This document shows, in pieces, positions 10,201 to 19,900 of a stretch of DNA of 64,000 bases; position 1 is the stretch's first letter; each line of letters begins with the position of its first letter. The notes beneath the pieces were generated by a model, which saw only the letters and a program-made list of their open reading frames with translations, was not told the origin of the DNA and ran no database searches. The DNA lies in the IMG/VR virus record IMGVR_UViG_3300043410_001471, positions 62,001-126,000 of that record; one strand, given 5' to 3'. The translations under genes were made by a program, and so were the position numbers.

Positions 10201-12207
10201 ATAACTGACAAAGGTACTAAACCAAATACGATTGAATTATTTATAAAACCATCAAACTATACAAATTATCAAACTATAATTTCTGGTAGTGATTGGAGTT
10301 TACAATTGAGTGGTTCTACTAATAGTGAATATGGTAAAGTGGCTTTCAATTATTCGGGTTCAACGGCATTATCATCATCATTACTTCCAATATTCAATGG
10401 TGGATTTTTTGGTATAGCTATAAGTAGTGGTTCTAATGGGGTACAATTAAATGTAAGACAATCAGATAAAGAAAGAACTTTATTTGAAGAATCAATATCA
10501 TCGTCTGTATCTACAAATTGGAATAATGGTTCTACTATTAAATTAGGAGGAACTTATAGTGGTAGCGTTGATGAATTCCGTTTATGGTCTGATGTATTGG
10601 ATGCGCAAATATTTTATGAGCATGTTTCATTTCCTGAAATGATTAATGGTAATCATACATCATCTTCAACTGATGATTTATATTTCCGTTTAGATTTTGA
10701 ATATCCAAAGAATTTAGCAGAAACATCATCATTAATAAATGTTGATACTAATGTGTACTTTGAAAACGGATTGACACGAAACGATTATGAAAATGGAACA
10801 ACGGCATCTTTATATTCAATAAACGCATCACCATTATTGTCAGCATCGGCTAGTGGATTTAATTCAATCGGAGTATATCCATTTCAATTTGAACCAATAG
10901 ATAGAACTATTGTATTATCAATGCCAGATGCTGGTGTAGGTAGATATTCTACAAATAAAGTTAGATTTGAAGAACAAACATTGGTTTCAGATTTATCTTC
11001 AAAAAGTAGAGCAACTAAAAAAGCATACGACCAATCGCCGGTTGATTCAAACAGAGTTGGATTATTCTTCTCTCCTACAAAAGAGTTGAATATTGATATT
11101 GCAAAATCATTTGGTGGAATTAATTTGGATGATTACATTGGTGACCCATCTGATAACTACAAATCAAATTATAGTAGATTGGATTCATTGAGAAATTACT
11201 ATTTCCAAAGATTCGATGGTAGAGATATTTACGCATACATTAACTTAATCAAACTATATGAGAAATCTATGTTTGAAGATATTAAGAAAATGTTGCCGGC
11301 TAGAGTTAAAGCAACTACTGGTTTATTAATCGAACCGCATATTTTAGAAAGAAGTAAAATTGCTCAAAAGAAACCAACGGGCGAAGATTATCAAAAAGAA
11401 AGTGCTATCCATTATAGTGATACTACAATATTAAATTCTGAAAATATTCAAAAAGAAGTAACATTAGATACTACATTAGAATATAATTTAGTTTCAGAAA
11501 ATAATCAATATGATGCAACAATTTATTCATCATCTGTTGATAGAACCATTGGTGAAAATTATCAATATGAATCTACATACGATTATGTAGCTGATACTGA
11601 TACTTTTGGTGAAAGTTATCAAAAAGAAGTTGATATAAATGTAAGATTAGAAGAGCCAACGATACTTACTGAAATTGATATTATTAATAGTAATCAAATA
11701 GTTGGTCAAACTGATTATGAAAATATTGGATTTGGCATTTATGCACAAAGTGGTTCTGCAATTAGAACTTATTTTGATAAAGATGGTAGACGAGTTAAAG
11801 AAAGAGTTAGAGTTCAATTGGTAACGGAACAAAAGGAAAGAGAAGTTTCTAAGTTCAAAGTAGTAATTGATGGTAAGGGTGACCCACGTGGTGGTTATGA
11901 ATTGACATCATCGGTTTATACTGAAACTAAATTGAATATACAGCCATTTAGTGGTTCAACTCCGCCAGTTGTTGGTGGTGATATAATTGATGTAAAACCA
12001 TTAAACGGATATTTACCTACACATAATAAATTTACTTCGGATTTAACAACCGGATTAAAAAATTCTTATTATTTGGGAAGTAAAAATACAGCCGCAACAA
12101 CATTGGATGGTAGTTCTCCAATTGAAACATTTGTATCTAATCCAAATACATTGAAAGTAAATAAAGCAGGTAGAGCAGCTAACGAACCAATTTTGGAAGT
12201 AGAGTAA
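7228..12207 (+). CDS. Large baseplate wedge-like protein (gp7/P2 gpI-like segment plus LamG-like domain), TTG start
   Basis: LPYLLKHKGTRRGVYALLSCYG resembles the P2 gpI/gp7 motif; TIELFIKP...YSGSVDEFRLWS is a LamG-like signature; 1659 aa. Confidence 0.65.
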   Translation: MEKPIEQLFDYPTFDSNNGIPLAVLNDAASGFDYGFPAPSPAPPYVPPVPTNPMTIHLIGEDSVALEFLEDGASKGFGNVVDVIYSSNLQFNGPKTYTANLANGKVLSKFVVATKKLQYINGEIDGIGVTEYRLVNDNWEEQATQNFNFGSIALRFKSSVSIPVKPIETIQIVPTVISTANPNSQIEMGFFSNLENELNNSLRLYYQIVYNSSIIDSGDVTLGNNIFKEFSNQILDNASVNFEVRGNTPDGIFVEQIYSGISSQYNGDFSRLNKVPYAFSVPASQLKNSFLVIVDAGKEVKYAEPKITLGQTQYNVAVKESDTEKPIAISFNTENADRVLVYVDSTTIIEVPASDKSVTLYFQKDFKEIYGTKKLILVAEGNNYGTGQKAEVLVTFTAINDFPSITETTFADVIDVPSFSDFNIEYEIKYSTFAATSVDVWLKQKDGSKIGLLSNQSSNGSIKINLKKLRETYPNWVGSDNVTLVLKPYNRGGAEELIGNEYEVVTKLILPTLQLDEDIISTALFQAFAEKISVVEPEPDSKYLTHLANFGNDEQIIISSWENDNWTLSKKSEDELGNIFVKDSDVVESIILKLYSPIPSNIVNNSTFWITKLMTNPLIETVILNEQDELTCPPLKGPNFNIDVDFVSGQSTNYESLDNLILSGSTSSNQLVTTYLSSSLIDTTELNIEYVSGSTYVWNNFVHFSSAKERVDNFVYKVQLIERYESLYTSASTNNTYNNSISAANERERQLIKKNQVLQGFDGFENFLYTSSSLSWPYNGNDRKLSTSSEVSDWYDNIIDLAETFDIENPNWVQNNIPQYIVNDENNDSLLLFFSMIGQHFDNIYYHTKAIERSRGLGYKSKDGISDKLLFDVLQSFGWDAKNLATDTQLWNYVFGLDKDGNIKNENPAKARTYEVWRRIVNNLPYLLKHKGTRRGVYALLSCYGIPSSNLSILEFGGPEVTETTKSKLVMDNITTALKMNSGSSIEMDWNITDKGTKPNTIELFIKPSNYTNYQTIISGSDWSLQLSGSTNSEYGKVAFNYSGSTALSSSLLPIFNGGFFGIAISSGSNGVQLNVRQSDKERTLFEESISSSVSTNWNNGSTIKLGGTYSGSVDEFRLWSDVLDAQIFYEHVSFPEMINGNHTSSSTDDLYFRLDFEYPKNLAETSSLINVDTNVYFENGLTRNDYENGTTASLYSINASPLLSASASGFNSIGVYPFQFEPIDRTIVLSMPDAGVGRYSTNKVRFEEQTLVSDLSSKSRATKKAYDQSPVDSNRVGLFFSPTKELNIDIAKSFGGINLDDYIGDPSDNYKSNYSRLDSLRNYYFQRFDGRDIYAYINLIKLYEKSMFEDIKKMLPARVKATTGLLIEPHILERSKIAQKKPTGEDYQKESAIHYSDTTILNSENIQKEVTLDTTLEYNLVSENNQYDATIYSSSVDRTIGENYQYESTYDYVADTDTFGESYQKEVDINVRLEEPTILTEIDIINSNQIVGQTDYENIGFGIYAQSGSAIRTYFDKDGRRVKERVRVQLVTEQKEREVSKFKVVIDGKGDPRGGYELTSSVYTETKLNIQPFSGSTPPVVGGDIIDVKPLNGYLPTHNKFTSDLTTGLKNSYYLGSKNTAATTLDGSSPIETFVSNPNTLKVNKAGRAANEPILEVE

Positions 12208-12225
12208 CGGATTTTTAAAATAATT

Positions 12226-12234
12226 ATATTTATA
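12226..12234 (+). promoter_or_regulatory. Putative late-promoter motif ATATTTATA
   Basis: Intergenic, 21 nt before ATG 12256. Confidence 0.55.
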
Positions 12235-12255
12235 AACAAAGAATAATAATATACT

Positions 12256-12879
12256 ATGGGATATTTAAGTAATACCGAATTAACAGTTGATGCTATCTTA
12301 ACTAAAAAAGGTAGAGAAAAATTGGCAGCTGGACAAGGATTAAACATCACTCAATTTGCATTAGCAGATGATGAGATTGATTATACTCTTTATGAACCAG
12401 CACATCCACTTGGTTCTGCATATTATGATGCAGCAATTAAGAATATGCCAGTTTTAGAAGCTAACCCTGATGAAACGCAGGTGATGAAATATAAATTAGT
12501 AACACTTCCTAAGAATACAACTCGTATTCCTGTGGTTGAATTTGGTGTTCCTAATGTTTCAGTTAATCAAAAAAGTGGTGAGGTAGCATTATCTCCAACA
12601 ACATCTCCAGCCGGAAATAGAAGTTTAGGATACACTATTGTGTTATCTAACAAAAATGCCGGTGATATCGTAGGTGAAGGTGTAACATCCGATGTAGGTT
12701 CAGTACCTGTATTTATTGGTGATGATGTATCTGCAACAGCAGCAATTGCTAAAGGATTAACATTTAAGTTTATTCCAAACCCATCTTTAACTTCGACTAT
12801 CAGAACAACTATAACTGTTTATGGTAACGAAACGGGTGGTTCTCAAACTATTCCTGTAACCGTAACATATGTACAATAA
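12256..12879 (+). CDS. Tail/baseplate structural protein resembling the N-half of tail-collar-fibre (DUF3751-like) domains
   Basis: ILTKKGREKLAAGQGLNITQFALADDEIDY motif. Confidence 0.55.
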   Translation: MGYLSNTELTVDAILTKKGREKLAAGQGLNITQFALADDEIDYTLYEPAHPLGSAYYDAAIKNMPVLEANPDETQVMKYKLVTLPKNTTRIPVVEFGVPNVSVNQKSGEVALSPTTSPAGNRSLGYTIVLSNKNAGDIVGEGVTSDVGSVPVFIGDDVSATAAIAKGLTFKFIPNPSLTSTIRTTITVYGNETGGSQTIPVTVTYVQ

Positions 12880-12886
12880 TTAAACT

Positions 12887-14104
12887 ATGGCATTAATAAG
12901 AGATAATAGAGGAGCCCTTTTAGCAAGTAATATATCACAATACTTAGCAGGCGCAGCGAATACCGCTGGTACTCCCGTTGATACTAACGAATTAGTTAGA
13001 ATAATGAACCAATTTTTGGGAACTGGTGAACAAATCAGTTCTGATTTAACTACCATTACAAATGGTATTTATAAGAAATTTGGGGCAATTGATAAAGTAA
13101 CTAATAGAACTGAAATAGTAACTTCAGGTATTTGGAGTGGTGATACAGGTTCGTTAAACGCATTTTATACTTCAGCCGTACAACTTAATGGTACGACTGG
13201 TAAGTATTACTTAGATGTTTATAACGCAGTAACATCATCTGATACAGCAGAGGTTCAGTTTTCAATCGCATATGGTGATGTAAACGGATATGGTGCACCA
13301 ACATTAACACAAGATGATTCATCTACACTTCCAACGAAGGCAGTATATAATCAATTAAAAAATGTATTATTGGATTCAGCTGATACATATTTTACTGATT
13401 ATGCTGGAAATGAAATGACATCTTTCTACGCAATTAATGTAAATAGAGCAAGATACAAAGAAAGATTAGACCCAGGTAATATTTCAATTAACTTATCAGG
13501 TTCAGTTGGAATGGTAACTTTGATTGATAATAGTGGTGGAACTGATGAAAATGTAACAACTGCTGGTAGAGTTTACTATTTAGCAAGTGGTTCACTAAAC
13601 ATTGGTTCAGCATTAACTGCATCAATCAATACATATACGGCATCAAACGGACAAGGTTTTGGATTATTCTATCCAGATATGGGTGTTATTTTATTAAACC
13701 CATCCGCATTATCAGCATCCGTTGGTGGTAATTTGATGGCAGCTGGTGGTTCAACTACTGCACAATATCATCAATCGGGTTCAGCATCTGGTTCATTGAA
13801 ATTATTTGATGCATTGGCTAAGGGAGCTGATTTCCAAGCGAGAAGAACTGAAAATGTTTCTACATCACATTATTTCGTAAGAGCAAACAATAGAGAATTC
13901 AACTTCTCAAATAACCCAACATTCGTAACGGGTTCAGTTGGAGCATTTGTAAATTCATCATTCGAAAAAGACCCACATGTTTATATTACAACTGTTGGTT
14001 TATACAATGATGCAAATGAATTATTAGCAGTAGCTAAAACTTCAAAACCAATTGAAAAATCATTCGATAAAGAAGTAGCAATAAAAGTAAAGTTAGATTT
14101 TTAA
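12887..14104 (+). CDS. Tail/baseplate structural protein with C-terminal collar-fibre-like segment
   Basis: C-terminus YITTVGLYNDANELLAVAKTSKPI; paralogous to 14177..15361. Confidence 0.6.
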   Translation: MALIRDNRGALLASNISQYLAGAANTAGTPVDTNELVRIMNQFLGTGEQISSDLTTITNGIYKKFGAIDKVTNRTEIVTSGIWSGDTGSLNAFYTSAVQLNGTTGKYYLDVYNAVTSSDTAEVQFSIAYGDVNGYGAPTLTQDDSSTLPTKAVYNQLKNVLLDSADTYFTDYAGNEMTSFYAINVNRARYKERLDPGNISINLSGSVGMVTLIDNSGGTDENVTTAGRVYYLASGSLNIGSALTASINTYTASNGQGFGLFYPDMGVILLNPSALSASVGGNLMAAGGSTTAQYHQSGSASGSLKLFDALAKGADFQARRTENVSTSHYFVRANNREFNFSNNPTFVTGSVGAFVNSSFEKDPHVYITTVGLYNDANELLAVAKTSKPIEKSFDKEVAIKVKLDF

Positions 14105-14128
14105 GAGAGAGTAACTAATTAAACTAAC

Positions 14129-14151
14129 GGCCCACCTTTCGGTGGGTTTTT
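14129..14151 (+). terminator. Rho-independent terminator
   Basis: CCCACC-tttc-GGTGGG hairpin (14131-14146) followed by TTTTT, just after the stop at 14104. Confidence 0.9.
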
Positions 14152-14161
14152 AGTTTCAAAG

Positions 14162-14170
14162 ATATTTATA
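14162..14170 (+). promoter_or_regulatory. Putative late-promoter motif ATATTTATA
   Basis: Lies directly after the terminator and 6 nt before ATG 14177, where a new transcript would have to start. Confidence 0.65.
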
Positions 14171-14176
14171 TACGAT

Positions 14177-15361
14177 ATGTTAAAAAGAATACCAAAATCG
14201 GATATTAGTATTAGGCCGTTTAAGGCATATAAAGAGTGGAACTTTTCAAGTGGTTCTACTCAAATAGATATATTGGAAGCATCTGATGTTTCATCATCCT
14301 TATCTATTGGAAATATTACATCTTTTGCAAAAAAATCAATATACGGACAACTTAGAGCACAATTTTATAATGGATATGAAGATAATCCATTTTTAAGATT
14401 TGGTGATAAAGAAAATATATACGAACCATCCGAAGGTGGTAGGGATAGATTTTTAAGTGGAAGTGCTAAAGTAATTTCTATTCCACAAATATATGTTGGT
14501 GAAGGAATTAAGAAAGGGTCTGTAACATTTTTAGATAATGGTAAAACATATATCGATGATACGCATGGTAACTTAATTGATGCGGATGGTGATACTATTA
14601 GTGTTGTATCAATCGATGTTGAAGCCAATAAAATAATATTTACCGATATCCTATCAAATGATTATACAGCTTCTTTTCAAACTGCGATAGGGGATTTTGA
14701 TATTGAATTAGAAACATTCAATTTGAGATATGAGGGGGTGAATTATGATATGAATATTCTTTCATTCGATATTGAATCGGGTGTGATGGTAGTTGATAAT
14801 ATACCATTCTTAGAAGGAGCAGCTGGTGTTAGTAGAATTGGTAATGTATTTTATACACAAGGATTGATAGTAATCACTAGGAATGTCAATGATTTATTAT
14901 TAGCAAATTGGGATTTAACATATAAATCTACAAAAACAATATATGAACACGAATATCTTCTTATAGTAAATCAAGATGAATTCAATGTTTCACAAAATCC
15001 ATCGGCAATAGTAGAAGTTGGTAAAGAAGTAGAATTTGTAAAAGGTTCGGATGGTAAGATATATAAAGCAATTACTAATGCAGGAACTAAATATATTCGT
15101 AAAAAAACTACATTAGATAATGGTGATGTTTTAGATTTCAGATTTACATCATCTGTAAGTTCATCTACACATTTTGCTGGATTTGAACATTATGATTTAA
15201 GTGGTTCAGTAGATTCAACTGGTTCATTCCTTTTACCATTTATTACAACAATTGGTTTATATGATGATGATATGGATTTAGTGGCAGTAGCAAAATTACC
15301 ACAACCAATTAAATCGGAACCAGATATTCCTATTAACTTTATTGTTCGATTTGATTTATAA
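14177..15361 (+). CDS. Tail/baseplate structural protein, paralog of 12887..14104
   Basis: Shares EFN.S.NP and FITTIGLYDD..DLVAVAKL.QPIK motifs with the upstream gene. Confidence 0.6.
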   Translation: MLKRIPKSDISIRPFKAYKEWNFSSGSTQIDILEASDVSSSLSIGNITSFAKKSIYGQLRAQFYNGYEDNPFLRFGDKENIYEPSEGGRDRFLSGSAKVISIPQIYVGEGIKKGSVTFLDNGKTYIDDTHGNLIDADGDTISVVSIDVEANKIIFTDILSNDYTASFQTAIGDFDIELETFNLRYEGVNYDMNILSFDIESGVMVVDNIPFLEGAAGVSRIGNVFYTQGLIVITRNVNDLLLANWDLTYKSTKTIYEHEYLLIVNQDEFNVSQNPSAIVEVGKEVEFVKGSDGKIYKAITNAGTKYIRKKTTLDNGDVLDFRFTSSVSSSTHFAGFEHYDLSGSVDSTGSFLLPFITTIGLYDDDMDLVAVAKLPQPIKSEPDIPINFIVRFDL

Positions 15362-15364
15362 TTT

Positions 15365-15373
15365 ATATTTATA
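15365..15373 (+). promoter_or_regulatory. Putative late-promoter motif ATATTTATA
   Basis: Intergenic, 16 nt before ATG 15390. Confidence 0.55.
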
Positions 15374-15389
15374 GTAAACAATAGATAAC

Positions 15390-15599
15390 ATGTCAAAGAT
15401 TTTAGAATTATACAAAGCTGCTCAATCGGCATTAGGTGTTGATAAAATTGGATTTGATGCAGGTGTTGCAGCAAAAACTCCATACACTACAAATGATTTA
15501 AAAAAAGTAGATGAGCAAGTATTAACAGCTGCAAAATATAAAGCAGGTAGAGGTGGTGAATTAAAAGCAGAAAAATATTCTGATAAAGCAAAAAAATAA
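15390..15599 (+). CDS. Small hypothetical protein (69 aa)
   Basis: Fills the gap between genes, has its own upstream motif and typical codon usage. Confidence 0.65.
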   Translation: MSKILELYKAAQSALGVDKIGFDAGVAAKTPYTTNDLKKVDEQVLTAAKYKAGRGGELKAEKYSDKAKK

Positions 15600-15608
15600 A
15601 CCAATTTA

Positions 15609-16013
15609 ATGGCTAAAAAAGTTACAAAGAAATCTAGCAGCTGGGTTGCTAGAAAATACGGGTTTAAATCTGGTCTTGAAGAGAATATATCAATACAAAT
15701 CGAAAGTAAAGGGATTGAGGTTAAATATGAGTCCGAAAAAGTGGATTATATTATACCTGCTTCTAAACATACTTACAATCCTGATTTTAAGTTGCCTAAT
15801 GGTATTTTCGTAGAAACGAAAGGAAGATTCCTTGCAGCAGATAGAAAAAAACACCTGTTAGTTAAACAACAAAACCCCAATTTGGATATACGATTCGTAT
15901 TTTCCAACTCAAAGAACAAAATAAGTAAAACTTCAAAAACTACTTACGCAGATTGGTGCGATAAGAACGGATTTAAGTATGCCGATAAGGTAATACCCGA
16001 AGATTGGTTCTAA
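15609..16013 (+). CDS. Endonuclease I / Holliday-junction resolvase, T7 gp3 family
   Basis: FKSGLEE...YE.EKV.Y..P...HTYNPDF.LPNGIFVETKGRF...DRKKHLLVKQQ.P.LDIRFVFSNS..KI.K.SKTTYADWC.K.GF is the gp3 signature. Confidence 0.92.
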   Translation: MAKKVTKKSSSWVARKYGFKSGLEENISIQIESKGIEVKYESEKVDYIIPASKHTYNPDFKLPNGIFVETKGRFLAADRKKHLLVKQQNPNLDIRFVFSNSKNKISKTSKTTYADWCDKNGFKYADKVIPEDWF

Positions 16014-16017
16014 AATA

Positions 16018-16049
16018 TTTGGAAATATAAAATATTTGTCGTATCTTTG
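16018..16049 (+). promoter_or_regulatory. Bacteroidota primary-sigma promoter
   Basis: TTTG (16018-21), 20-nt spacer, TATCTTTG (16042-49) matches the -33 TTTG / -7 TAnnTTTG consensus. Confidence 0.8.
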
Positions 16050-16053
16050 TTTT

Positions 16054-16995
16054 GTGTTGAAAAGTACTGACAAAAATATCGTAGTATCTACGCTTTCTAA
16101 TGCGTTGGGTAGTTATTCCAATTTAAGGGGTAACGAATTAGCATTTTATTGTCCATTTTGTAATCACCACAAACAAAAACTACAAGTTAATACCGAAACT
16201 CAAAAATGGCATTGTTGGACTTGTAATAGTGGTGGTAAGAAATTGACTTCTTTATTAAAGAGATTAGATGTTGATAGAAAAACTATATCCATCATTAGAG
16301 AAATATATGGAGATTCCCATTATAATCCTCAAAACGAAGATGAAGGTACAAAAGTATTCATTCAGTTACCAAAAGAATTTATTTCATTGATAGATGAACC
16401 AAAAGGATTTAACCCAGAATACAAACACGCTATTCATTACTTAAATGAAAGAGGTATCACACAAAAAGATATTGTAAAATATAATATAGGTTATTGTAAA
16501 GATGGATTGTATGCCAGAAGGGTTATAATCCCATCATACACTTCAGATGGACAATTAAACTATTTTGTTTCTCGTTCATATTATGCTGAAGAGAAAATGA
16601 AATACAAAAACCCACCAATCAGTAAGAATGTAATATGTTTGGAATCTCAAGTTAATTGGAACGAACCAATTATTCTTTGTGAGGGTGTATTTGATGCGAT
16701 TACAATTAAAAGAAATGCTATTCCACTTTTAGGTAAGTTTCCATCCAAACAATTGGTTGAGAAAATCTTTATGAGTGGAGTTAGTGATATCATCATTTCA
16801 TTGGATAATGATGCAATCAATGAAGCATTAAAAGCAGCTGAATATTTTAGAAAAAATGGTATCCATGTAAAAATGATGTATCTTAAAGATAAAGATGCAG
16901 CTGATATGGGATACGAAAAGTTTTATGAAGAACTAAAGAAAACTAAAGAGTTTTCATCGGAAGAGTTATTATTAAATAAGATTATGAGTCTATGA
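16054..16995 (+). CDS. DNA primase (Zn-ribbon plus TOPRIM)
   Basis: CPFC..H...WHCWTC zinc finger; CEGVFDAI and SLDNDA TOPRIM motifs. The start is more likely GTG 16054 or TTG 16057 than the track's TTG 16036, which lies inside the promoter. Confidence 0.9.
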   Translation: MLKSTDKNIVVSTLSNALGSYSNLRGNELAFYCPFCNHHKQKLQVNTETQKWHCWTCNSGGKKLTSLLKRLDVDRKTISIIREIYGDSHYNPQNEDEGTKVFIQLPKEFISLIDEPKGFNPEYKHAIHYLNERGITQKDIVKYNIGYCKDGLYARRVIIPSYTSDGQLNYFVSRSYYAEEKMKYKNPPISKNVICLESQVNWNEPIILCEGVFDAITIKRNAIPLLGKFPSKQLVEKIFMSGVSDIIISLDNDAINEALKAAEYFRKNGIHVKMMYLKDKDAADMGYEKFYEELKKTKEFSSEELLLNKIMSL

Positions 16996-19900
16996 GTTTA
17001 AAAAAGATTTACCACATCGCAGACGTCCATATTCGTAATGTTAAAAGGCATACTGAATATAGGCAAGTATTTGAAAAGATGTTTGAGGAAATCCGTAAAA
17101 GAGGTACGGAAGATTCAATCATTTATTTAGCAGGAGATATTGCTCATGCTAAATTAGAACTTTCGCCTGAATTGGTTAGAGAGATTAGTTGGTTATTTAC
17201 GGAATGTTCTAAGCATTGTGAAACTATCCTTATTACGGGTAATCACGATTGTAATATGAACAATTCTGATAGATTGGATGTACTTACTCCAATTGTAGAA
17301 GCCTTAAATCTACCAAACTTTACATATTTGAGAGATACGCAAGTTTATTCCATTGGTGGAGTAGATTTCGGTGTATTCAGTATTTTTGATGATAAATCAA
17401 ATTGGCCTAAAGCAGAAACTTTAAGTGGAAACAAAAAGATTGCTTTATTTCACGGACCAGTTGATAACTCACAAACCGATATTGGATATGTAGTATCTTC
17501 TCGTCATTTCACAACCGAAATGTTTGATGGATATGATTTAGCCTTATTAGGTGATATCCATAAAAGACAAGAGATGATTTCTCCAAAAGGATGTAAAGTA
17601 GTTTATGCCGGTTCATTGGTTCAACAAAACTTTGGTGAAACTTTGGATAAGCACGGATTCCTTGTTTGGGATTTAGATACTTTAACTTATGAAGCAATTG
17701 ATATTCCAAATGATTATGGATATTACACTATGGATATTGATAATGGAAAAGTTCCTATTGTAAGTGATATGCCAAAGAAACCTCGTTTGAGAGTTCGCTT
17801 ATCTAATACCGATTCTGCTGATACTAAAAGAGTAATGGCTGAAATTAAGATGAGATATGGTGTTGAGGATTTCACAATTATCAGAACTGATTCATTGGCT
17901 AAATCAAAGACAGGTAATCGATTAAACAAATTAGATTTTGAAGATATTACGGATGTAAACTATCAGAACTCACTTATCAATGAATATGTTGAGAGAATGA
18001 TGCCTTTCGTAGCAAAGGAAGATTTAGATAAATTACAAACAATCAATAGAGATATAAATAGTAGAATTGTAAATGAAGATGTTCAAAGAAATATTCAATG
18101 GAAACCAATTAAGTTTGAGTTTTCAAATATGTTTAGTTATGGAGAGGATAACAAAATTGATTTCACAAAGTTAGGTGGATTAATGGGATTATTTGCACCA
18201 AACGCAACGGGTAAATCATCCTTATTCGATTCAATTTCATTTTGTTTATACGATAAGAGTAGTAGAGCATTCAAAGCAGCTAACATTCTAAACAATCGTA
18301 AATCAGAATTCGCTTGTCATTTACACTTTCAAATCGATGGGTTAGATTATCACATCGAAAGAACTGCTAAGACAATTAACAAAGGTAAGAATGTTAAAGT
18401 TGATGTACAATTCTGGAGACAAGATGGTGATGAGAAAACATCTTTAAATGGAACGGAGAGAAGGGATACAAATCAAATTATCGAACAATATGTTGGTAAA
18501 TATGAGGATTTCGTATTAACCGCTTTATCTTTACAAGGTAACAATGCACTATTCATTGATAAATCTCAATCAGAAAGAAAGGATTTATTAGCACAATTTA
18601 TGGGATTAAATGTATTCGATAAATTGTATGAAACTGCAACCGAAGATATCAAAGAGGTATCCGTTTTAATTAAGAATTTTAAGAAAACCGATTTCACTAG
18701 TGAATTGGCTGATAAAGCAATTGAATTAAAGGATAAGAAGGTTGAATTAAAAGATTTAGAAAAAGAGTTGGGTAGATTGAATGGTGATTCTACCGATTTG
18801 AGTAATAGAATCGTTGGATTGAGTGCAGAACTTACTCCAATGGATGGTAATTTGGATTTAGATAGTTTAACTCAACAACAAAATAAAATTGGTAGAGATA
18901 TTTTACATATTCTTGCAGAAAAGAAAGCAAAGGTAGAAACTATTGAAACATATACAACTACTATTAATGAATTATCTGCATCTATGGAAGATAAAAAGAA
19001 ATTTTATCTTTCAGAAACGGAATACATTGATATCGATAAAGCAAATGAATCATATGTTCAAGCGGAAAAGGATTATAATGTAGCAAACAATATTTACTAT
19101 GTTGCTAAAAAACAATTGGAAGCAGCAGAAGAAAAGATTAAACATTTGGATTCACATCAATACGACCCTAATTGTAAATTTTGTTGTGATAATGTATTCG
19201 TAAAGGATGCGATGAAAGCAAAAGAAGATTTGCAATCATTGGAAGTTAATGTGGATGAAGCTATGAATGATGTGAGTGGTTTTTCTAATATTATGGGTAT
19301 GTTTGAAGATGCCAAATCTCAATATGATACTATGTTGGATTTGAGAGGTAAGTATAGTAAGGCAATTGTTATCAAAGAGAAAGCAGAAGCTGAATTAGAA
19401 GGATTGGATACTAAAGAAGAATTATTAGAACACCAATTGGAAGTAGTTAAGGGTAACATTCAAAAATATCACGATAATGAAGCAACTATTAAAAAGAATG
19501 CACAAATTAACGAAGCGATTGTTGGATTAAAAAGAACTAAATCAGAAATTGAAGAAGAGATTAAGAAAGTTACAAAGGATATAGCCGGTGTAAATGGTTC
19601 TATTTCTTCCATATCTTCGTTTATAGAGGGGATAAAGAGTAGGATGGATGAAGTTAAGGATTTAGAAGAAAAAAACCGATTATACACCTATTATTTAGAT
19701 GCAGTTAAGAGAGATGGTATTCCTTATGAGTTGATTTCCAAAGCATTGCCAGTAATTGAAAATGAAATAAATAATATTCTTTCACAAGTTGTTGATTTTG
19801 GAATTGTAATGGAAGTGGATGGTAAATCAATTAATGCAAAAATCGTTTACGATGACCAAGAATGGCCATTGGAAATGTGTAGTGGTATGGAGAAATTTGT

